Shown here piece by piece: positions 28,751-35,627 of a stretch of DNA of 37,718 nucleotides. Positions within the stretch are counted from its first letter, which is position 1. The number at the start of each line of letters is the position of its first letter. The DNA is taken from positions 1-37,718 of the forward strand of contig CAZHQM010000002.1 of the NCBI GenBank assembly GCA_964534155.1, written 5' to 3'. Below the pieces are notes generated by a model. The model was given only the letters and a program-made list of their open reading frames with translations, had not been told where the DNA came from and made no database searches. The position numbers and the translations under genes were made by a program. Origin of the DNA: an uncultured Oxalobacter sp. Its GTDB lineage: Bacteria; Pseudomonadota; Gammaproteobacteria; Burkholderiales; Burkholderiaceae_D.

Positions 28751-29929
28751 TCAGTTCCCTCCTTCCATATTGATTTGTTTTGATTTACGTTCTTTAATAG
28801 CCAGAGTGCGCAGATCATGGATGGTGACCATGTGGTTGAGGCGTTTGGTGAGATTCCGCATTTCCGTGTACTTGTTGACCAGTCCATGGAGGTTTCGTTC
28901 ACTGAGAATCTGGCGTTCGACGTACTGATCCAGCTTGATATCATCAGCCTCGGTCATCCGGGCAAGAATCTCTGCTTTCAATAAATGATCAGGGCGTTCG
29001 ATCAGCACTACCAATCCGGCTCTCAGACATTCCATTAACCGAGGTGTAATGCCAGGGATTTCATCGGGATACTGTTTGATGCTGAAAATGACAGGGATTT
29101 CTGCCTCAATATAAGCTCTGGCAATTACTTCCAATGCGTTCTGGGCTCCGTGTTTGCCAGCAAGCACATCAACATCTTCAACAATGAGGCAACGGAAAGT
29201 GCAGTATTGAATGATGAAATCCTCCTGTGCCCCTGCCCAAGCATCGAATGCCGCTGCAAAATCTTCACAATCGATATGACAGATTCGATATCCTTTTTCT
29301 GAGCTGAGCATGAAACCGCCATGCGCATGGACAAGATGGGTCTTGCCTGAACCTGACTCACCCCAGATGCAGACAGTCTTGTATTTAGCAATATTCTTTA
29401 AAGATTCATATGCCAGGCGGTTTGCGTCGCCCACTACATAATCCCGGTAAGAATGTGCAGGCATAAAGTTTGGCACTCCGTTATCCACAGAAACAGCTGA
29501 ATGTGTATCCTGAAGATTGTAAGAATCCTGCATTTCATGGAGACTTCTTACGCATTGTCGGTAATAGAGCCCCATCTTCCTGATTTCGGAATAGGTCTTG
29601 ACGGCGTCTTCAACCTCATAACGGGAACCTGATTTATTTTTTACAATCTGGCGAAAAAATTTCTCTTCTTTGTGCTCGACATTACGACTCTGACGCGCCA
29701 GCTCTTCATAATTGGCAAGCAATGCATTGAACTTTTGTTCGTCGAACAGCTTCCGACCATTGACGCAGACGGTTGTGCAGCTTTCCTCAAAGCCTTGACG
29801 GATTTCTGCCCTGATCTGACCCAGTGCCCGTTTGCCATCGGCAATCATGGACTTGGCTTTCAGAATCCGTTCAATTTGTTCATTCACTTCATCAGAAGTA
29901 GATTGCTGGAAAATGTTTTCTTTGTTCAT
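28751..29929 (-). CDS. DnaA-domain-III-like AAA+ protein with N-terminal coiled coil, no domain IV
   Basis: YVVGDANRLA, GESGSGKTHL (Walker A), LIVEDV (Walker B), YPDEI...RL...GLVVLIERPD; AGGAG RBS at ATG 29929 (frame open from 30076). Confidence 0.85.
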   Translation of the reverse strand: MNKENIFQQSTSDEVNEQIERILKAKSMIADGKRALGQIRAEIRQGFEESCTTVCVNGRKLFDEQKFNALLANYEELARQSRNVEHKEEKFFRQIVKNKSGSRYEVEDAVKTYSEIRKMGLYYRQCVRSLHEMQDSYNLQDTHSAVSVDNGVPNFMPAHSYRDYVVGDANRLAYESLKNIAKYKTVCIWGESGSGKTHLVHAHGGFMLSSEKGYRICHIDCEDFAAAFDAWAGAQEDFIIQYCTFRCLIVEDVDVLAGKHGAQNALEVIARAYIEAEIPVIFSIKQYPDEIPGITPRLMECLRAGLVVLIERPDHLLKAEILARMTEADDIKLDQYVERQILSERNLHGLVNKYTEMRNLTKRLNHMVTIHDLRTLAIKERKSKQINMEGGN

Positions 29930-30255
29930 TTCTTTCTCCTTCTTCTTGGAATCAATCTGGTCCATGGGAATCGCCAGATGAGTCCGATTACTACAACTGC
30001 CCAGAAGAACTTCGATGTGAAGACTCGGGCTAAGACAAACATGAGTGCTGTCATATGCTCTCCGATGTTTTTTCATCCCTTTGCTCAGTACTGCCTGTTG
30101 TTCATCCTTTCAGATTCACTGATCCACAATGTGCGTGAAACCCTCTGTTTCAACTGCCATTACCCGATTTCAGCGAAAACAATCCCCCTGACTGTGTTTC
30201 AGTCATATCAGATGGTTGGATGAATCCCTGCTAGTCGCGGGCAAGGGATGGTTGG

Positions 30256-30444
30256 TTAATGGATAGTGCGGCTTGCCTTATGCAGCTCATACAGAGGTCG
30301 GTCGCTGTCAGTCCGCTTGAAGTTGACTAAATCAAGGAATGACATCAGGGCAGCCATCAGGGCAGGATCAGGATTATCGTCCAGCACCTCTTCGAGGTTT
30401 TTCATGATTTCCTCTTTGGTAAGTTCGGTTGTGTCTATCTCCAT
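30256..30444 (-). CDS. Small acidic helical protein (62 aa)
   Basis: GAAGGA RBS; ATG 30444 lies ~10 bp after the upstream stop. Confidence 0.55.
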   Translation of the reverse strand: MEIDTTELTKEEIMKNLEEVLDDNPDPALMAALMSFLDLVNFKRTDSDRPLYELHKASRTIH

Positions 30445-30454
30445 GCTGAGTCCT

Positions 30455-31489
30455 TCACTTGGAATCTGTATGGCAGGATTGATGGGCATCAGTGAAGCCG
30501 GTCATGGATTCCATCAGATACATATCATGATGAAACTCTGGATCAATTGATCTTTGATGTGCAATGTCCTGAATCAATGCATGAACTTCCGTTCTTGTAT
30601 ATGCGGGAAATCGCGTGGCGATTTCAGTATTGTTCATGTTCAGCCCCTTGCTCATTAGGTACATTGCTGATCCGCGAATCTGCTGATGTCGGAACACCCT
30701 AGATCTGGACTGAAGAAGCTGTGGTCGCACATGATTGAAAGAACAAACTGCACTTTCAACGTGCAATGCACTTGCCTGTCCAATGCAAAGAGCATCTTTG
30801 ACTGTCTGGATGGAAACCGCGGTTCCCTCGCGTTTTGCAATGTTGATGGCAGGTGAAAGATGGCGTTCCAGTTCTCGGATATTCTCACTCCCAGTATGAG
30901 CAAGCAGATAGGCAGCGCCATGGTCAATCTTCACTCCCTGCTCTTTAGCTTTTTTCTGGATGATTTCAGCACGATGAGGAAGGCATGGAGTCAACATAGA
31001 CAGGATGTATCCAGACAGGAGAACTTCTTGGAATTCGGGGATGAAATTGGTAATTTCTTCCGATGTCATTGTGCCCGCGAAGATAAGCTGTTTCCCGTTC
31101 GCCAGAGAGTTGTCTGCAACCTTGGACAGAATCTGTTGGGCATGGGGCTGACCAATCAGGCCTTGGATGTCATCTACAATAAGGACGTCTTTACTGAAGC
31201 AGTCGTCATTATTGAGCTGTGCCTGCAGACCGCTGATATCAGCCCCAGAAAAAAGATGGATTCTTACTACTGGGTGATTTGCTCGGATCAGGTTTCCACT
31301 GGCATTCAAGAGGTGTGATTTCCCGCAGCCCTCAGGTCCCACGAGCACAAGCGGGCTGGCATAAGAGCCCAGAAGTGCGGCACAACAGATGCAAGCCGTG
31401 AATTCCGAGGCATCCAAGGAAGATGGCACGTAACTCTGGAATGTTTTGGTTGGATCAAGACCAGTTGTTATTGATTGTTTTTTTTGCAT
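30455..31489 (-). CDS. DnaA paralog (domains III+IV only, divergent)
   Basis: LDPTKTF, GPEGCGKSHL, LIVDDIQ, NIRELE; C-terminal LQSRSR...R..AMYL...EIATRF domain IV pattern; CAGGAG RBS. Confidence 0.85.
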   Translation of the reverse strand: MQKKQSITTGLDPTKTFQSYVPSSLDASEFTACICCAALLGSYASPLVLVGPEGCGKSHLLNASGNLIRANHPVVRIHLFSGADISGLQAQLNNDDCFSKDVLIVDDIQGLIGQPHAQQILSKVADNSLANGKQLIFAGTMTSEEITNFIPEFQEVLLSGYILSMLTPCLPHRAEIIQKKAKEQGVKIDHGAAYLLAHTGSENIRELERHLSPAINIAKREGTAVSIQTVKDALCIGQASALHVESAVCSFNHVRPQLLQSRSRVFRHQQIRGSAMYLMSKGLNMNNTEIATRFPAYTRTEVHALIQDIAHQRSIDPEFHHDMYLMESMTGFTDAHQSCHTDSK

Positions 31490-31522
31490 TTTGTATGTCT
31501 CCTGGATCAATGGATTTAATGA

Positions 31523-32179
31523 TTAGCCGATAAGCTCCTGATAGCCGATATCGTCATCCTCTGGATACCAGATGCAGTCGATTTCGAGTTTACGACAGCG
31601 ACGAAGACAGTCAGTGTAGGCATCGATGGTCAGGAAGTCAGACTTTAGATAGAGATGAAAGCCGACATCGCAGCAGATATTCCAGCCGTTATCGAAAACA
31701 ATACGACGCGCATGGAGTTTGTCGTCAAACTTCAGAATGCATTCAACGCCCTGCAGTCTGATGCTTTCAACCAATGTTTTCCAAGAGGCAAGATCCTGTT
31801 CAGGGGGAATCTCATAATCATGGCGAGTCAAAAAAGTAATACTGCTGAGAGATGGAACTTCCATCAGAAGCCGTGCGACTGTCTTGGCAAGCTCATATTT
31901 CACATATGGCTTACCAGCATGTGGCTCCTGGATAGTCATCTGAGTCGAGCCAATAGCTGCACGCAGAAGAATGCAATTGATAAAATCCAATCCTACTGAG
32001 CCCTCATCAATGGCCCAGTGGCATGGCCGGCACTCACGGAGGCATTCATCAGAGAGATAGTATTCAATCTTTTCATTACGGTCCTTAACAGGAGCGAACT
32101 CGACGGCATCGTTCTGTTTAGCACAAACTCCTGCACTAATCAGAGCAGACATCATTGCGGTTTCTGTATTTATTGACAT
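31523..32179 (-). CDS. MIT_C (MITD1 C-terminal) phospholipase-D-like domain protein
   Basis: IQEPH...ITFLT...LHARRIVFDNGWNICCDVGFHLY...LRRCR mirrors the family pattern DPY...HDREI.FDNGW.IK.GRGLD.F...LR.C (recalled). Confidence 0.7.
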   Translation of the reverse strand: MSINTETAMMSALISAGVCAKQNDAVEFAPVKDRNEKIEYYLSDECLRECRPCHWAIDEGSVGLDFINCILLRAAIGSTQMTIQEPHAGKPYVKYELAKTVARLLMEVPSLSSITFLTRHDYEIPPEQDLASWKTLVESIRLQGVECILKFDDKLHARRIVFDNGWNICCDVGFHLYLKSDFLTIDAYTDCLRRCRKLEIDCIWYPEDDDIGYQELIG

Positions 32180-32780
32180 GGTTAAATTTCTTTTCTATAA
32201 ATTCATGAATAGATGTACATCATGTTTATAAAGTACAGCCGCGGTGAAGATGATGCAAGCAAAAGAGAGGTAATTTTCTATGTTATTTCAATGACTTGAG
32301 CGGCATAAGGAGACGTAAACTGGCTGCTGAAAATGCACGGATTTTTGATGTTTTTGTGGAAATATTTTTTTCCGTTTGATAGAATTTTTCCTAATCAAGA
32401 CGCTTTGGCTTGTAAGACTAATTCAGCGTAAGTGTTTGCTTTAAAGTACGTTTAATAGTATGTTGTTCGGTATAGTTATTGACCTCTTCTCCTTCCCGTG
32501 TTGATTATTTAGGCTGTGGGTCTATGGCAACAGATTGAGTCGCAATTGACAGGAAAAATCGAAGATTACCGAGATGAAGACCGCGGGGAAAGTGAAAAAG
32601 TGACTATCCGAGGAATTGGAAGCATCAGAAACAGGCGGCACTGCCAAGACATGCAAGGCAGCGGACTACTTACGAACACATGTCGCAAGAGCCCGATGAT
32701 TGGATATAACAAATGATGCGAAAACACGGTTCATTAGTTGTCTACACTGAACCAACATTGAAAGTGAGGTAGGGATAATT

Positions 32781-33437
32781 ATGTATGATGAAATTGATTT
32801 TAGCATCAAGAAAAAATGGGCCAACAAAATCCGTAGAGACAAGTCAATCAATCCAGATTGGCAAGATTTCCGCATTCACGAAGAATTCGTAGATGGAGAC
32901 CATATTAATTTCAACAGTAAAATTGATGATGTGTATGAGGCAATAAGAATCATATTTACACATTTTTATGATTTTGGAACATTAATAAAATGGAAGGAAT
33001 TACAGGAATTCTTAGAAAAATGTTTAGAAACACAGATAAAACTGAAATTTGATGAACATTATTTTGATCGTAGAACAAAAATTGGACGCAAAATAACACC
33101 ATTAATATTAGCCTTTTACTCTTTGATTCCACTTATTAAGAATAAAAAAGACAAAGATATATTTGATTTAAAACACATATTAAAATCAGAACAAATTGAC
33201 TCGATATTGTTTTGTTGGGAAATAATCAGAAGAGCAGATTTATTTCAAAGAATAAATGGAAAAACGGGTTTTCTTGGACGCCCCAAAAACACCTTTTCGG
33301 TAAAGGAGGCAGAACTATTATCTGGATTCGGACATACCATAGTCTATAAGAAATTTCGTGCCCCCATCTCTCTAACCGCCCTGAAAGATTGGTTACAGGA
33401 AAAGAAAAGACTTCCGACATTTGAACCGTCTAAATAA
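32781..33437 (+). CDS. AT-rich hypothetical protein with C-terminal excisionase/AlpA-like HTH
   Basis: GAGGT/GGGA RBS; C-terminal TFSVKEAELLSGFGHTIVYK...ISLTALKDWL. Confidence 0.65.
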   Translation: MYDEIDFSIKKKWANKIRRDKSINPDWQDFRIHEEFVDGDHINFNSKIDDVYEAIRIIFTHFYDFGTLIKWKELQEFLEKCLETQIKLKFDEHYFDRRTKIGRKITPLILAFYSLIPLIKNKKDKDIFDLKHILKSEQIDSILFCWEIIRRADLFQRINGKTGFLGRPKNTFSVKEAELLSGFGHTIVYKKFRAPISLTALKDWLQEKKRLPTFEPSK

Positions 33438-33447
33438 GAAGCATAAT

Positions 33448-33960
33448 CTAATCAAAATTTAGGTCAGTTACTGGGCTGTCAACTTCAGCAACCCCCGCCA
33501 TCAGACACGTCGGTATTTCATATTCTGGTTTCACCCATTCAACACCGCATCGTTCTGACCAGCATTTCCATGCGACATAGAGTTCACGCATCTTGAGATC
33601 AATGCCAACAGCTCCATCTGGTCGATGATTAGATGGATGTCCTGTCGGTATTGATCCGGGATGTTCGCAGTTATGTGGATTTTCTCCCTTGTCCGCTCTA
33701 TGACTGTCAGGCATTCAACCAGATGCGTAGCAGTCATGTTCCACTTTGGAAAATGTCCATAATAAGAATGCATGATTTTCTCGCGGCCATGCCCCATAGC
33801 CTCACTAAGTTGCCGCAACTTTGCCTTCATGGTCTGTTTGTCCATTTGGTCCTTGATGCCGCCAAGGAATGAAGGTGCCACGCCAGTCTGGATTGCATGC
33901 TTCTCCGCATACTGGGCACGTAGCATGTGAGCATGGATCTGGAATCTGGTTCTATCGTTT
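33448..33960 (-). pseudogene. Truncated, frameshifted tyrosine integrase (catalytic C-terminal part)
   Basis: HMLRAQYA (H-x-L-R) and LSEAMGHGR...YYG; no N-terminal half; probable frame change near 33612. Confidence 0.7.
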
Positions 33961-34002
33961 GCCTTGTGGCTACAGTGAATCGGATTTGCCGCCACTAACC
34001 AT

Positions 34003-34034
34003 AAAAAAGCCATGCCAATTATATTGGCATGGCT
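34003..34034 (-). terminator. Intrinsic terminator of the toxin operon
   Basis: Minus strand AGCCATGCCAAT-ATA-ATTGGCATGGCT-TTTTT. Confidence 0.85.
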
Positions 34035-34067
34035 GGCATCAGCACGCATCGACCTGACTGCTATAAC

Positions 34068-34454
34068 TTAAAGCTCATAAGGACGGAGCAGATCATCTTC
34101 ATTGGATTCTCCAAGCAAGTAATCGATTGCTTTGATGTCGTCCTGAATTCTCTTCACAAGTTCCAGTTTATCTTTGCCTAAGACTAGCAGTCTCTGGAAT
34201 TTTTCCTGGAGCTTTTCCAATTTTTCGACATCGCCCCAAAATTTGCTCTTGGAATCATAGGAACTGTCGGTTCTGCTTTCGATTTCCCCGATGGTGTTTT
34301 TTGCCTTTCTTGCTTTAGCAGCCAGGTTAACCGCCTCTTCGATTTCATCCTTCATCTGATTGACTCTTTCAGCCCTAAGCTCGGATAGCGCCGCCATCTG
34401 AACTGGGCTCATCTCCAGTCGGTCTTTTGATTTGGTGTGACTTTCGTAGTCCAT
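34068..34454 (-). CDS. Charged coiled-coil hypothetical protein
   Basis: 128 aa, AGGA RBS, 17 bp downstream of the toxin gene. Confidence 0.7.
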   Translation of the reverse strand: MDYESHTKSKDRLEMSPVQMAALSELRAERVNQMKDEIEEAVNLAAKARKAKNTIGEIESRTDSSYDSKSKFWGDVEKLEKLQEKFQRLLVLGKDKLELVKRIQDDIKAIDYLLGESNEDDLLRPYEL

Positions 34455-34471
34455 TTTGATTTCCTATATTG

Positions 34472-34870
34472 TTAGTTGAACAAGCTTGCTGATGGAATGG
34501 ATGCATCAACAAGTTTCATGAGTGAATCTTTGCATTGGCGGGCAAGATCGCGGCAAAAGTGTGCATCGCGGGCCTGGGAGTCCTTACAACCGACCCTTAA
34601 GATATGCAGGATCTGATGTCCCAGCATCATGAAATAAACCCTGAGCCCAGGTTTCATCGACAGTATCATTTCGCTCACACCATCACCCAGTGGCCGGCAA
34701 TCGCCGAGATGACCATCAGCGGCTTGGTTCACACGTTTCTGGATACGAGCCTTACCACCCTGGACCGTGATTTTGTCCAACTGCTTTCTGACTTCGGGGT
34801 TGGCTGTTACCCGATATCCGCACTGAGATTCGCTGCCGTTTTTTCTAGGCTTTTCAAATTCTTCTACCAT
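34472..34870 (-). CDS. RelE/ParE-superfamily (Gp49/HigB-like) toxin
   Basis: KARIQKRV...GHLGDCRPLGDGVSEM...PGLRVYF...GCKDSQARD matches addiction-module killer proteins; AGGAGG RBS. Confidence 0.8.
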   Translation of the reverse strand: MVEEFEKPRKNGSESQCGYRVTANPEVRKQLDKITVQGGKARIQKRVNQAADGHLGDCRPLGDGVSEMILSMKPGLRVYFMMLGHQILHILRVGCKDSQARDAHFCRDLARQCKDSLMKLVDASIPSASLFN

Positions 34871-35578
34871 TCAATCCTCCTTAATATTACAGAAAGCATG
34901 GTAGCCCCAACGACAACATGTAATCAAGCAAAAATAAATAGTAACATATTGTTTTATATCGAAATGTTAAATTACGCTAGGTACATATAAAAGTACAGTT
35001 AAGAAAAGTATAAAATTTAAACTTATAAGCTGAAAGACATTAAAATAGGAAAGCCCTGCATTTATGGAAAAAAATTTTTCCGCAATATTTTGACACAACG
35101 CAGACGCTGATTGGGATTATTTATAAGTAAATATTGGTCGCAAAAAGTTGGTAAAAATCCAACAAGACCCGTATCAGGCGGCTCGCCAGCGAATCTGCCC
35201 CCCTCTACCCATGACGAAAAACAGGCTGTAGCTCACCCAGCTGGATCTCAGCATTGAACATCGACCTCACCATCCAGTACCTTCATGATGGCATGGTCGT
35301 TCTTCGTCAGTCCATCCAGCTTCGACTGCCAGTAATGCAGTGCTACTGGACGCTTATGGGTATGCCTCATGCGATTGATATCGCGTTCAGAATATCTTCT
35401 AGGCAGTCATCAGATGCTACTCATTCAGTTGCTATAACATGGACTGCGGGTGATGTGGCAGCATAAGCTAATGTTACTACTAAGGGTGGCAACTATTGGA
35501 CGATGAACTGCTTAATTTGTTCTGGTGAAATTTGGAATGATGAGAAGGCTGACGAGCGGAATATTTTCAAAGGCAAGG

Positions 35579-35612
35579 CAAAACCCCGTTGAGTTTTCCC
35601 AACGGGGTTTTG
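35579..35612. repeat. Right direct repeat (attR-like); perfect 13-8-13 inverted repeat, likely the glnE terminator
   Basis: CAAAACCCCGTTG-AGTTTTCC-CAACGGGGTTTTG, 15 bp beyond the glnE stop. Confidence 0.92.
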
Positions 35613-35627
35613 TGCATTTCAGGGAAG

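Larger units (their letters stand above)
27545..35612. mobile_element. ~8 kb genomic island between fdxA and glnE
   Basis: Exact 29-bp direct repeats at both ends, integrase remnant, toxin gene, AT-rich stretches, no housekeeping genes inside. Confidence 0.85.

Noticed and set aside
31478-31485. A8 tract at the start of the DnaA paralog as a phase switch
   Set aside because: In frame (MQKKQ), and A-rich starts are common; nothing in the sequence indicates variation.
28751-31489. Chromosomal dnaA/oriC or ordinary hda
   Set aside because: No domain I, no dnaN/gyrB/rpmH context, no DnaA-box cluster, arginine fingers missing, and the genes lie inside an island.
32223-32238. LexA (CTGT-N8-ACAG) box upstream of the island operon, and a similar site near 34990
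   Set aside because: Only one half-site matches at the correct spacing.
33960-34049. N-terminus of the 172-aa ORF 33531-34049
   Set aside because: It runs through a strong terminator hairpin and has no integrase-like sequence; only the downstream part is credible.
35185-35212. tRNA 3'-end-like fragment as att site
   Set aside because: No T-arm consensus or cloverleaf; the real boundary repeat is at 35584-35612.
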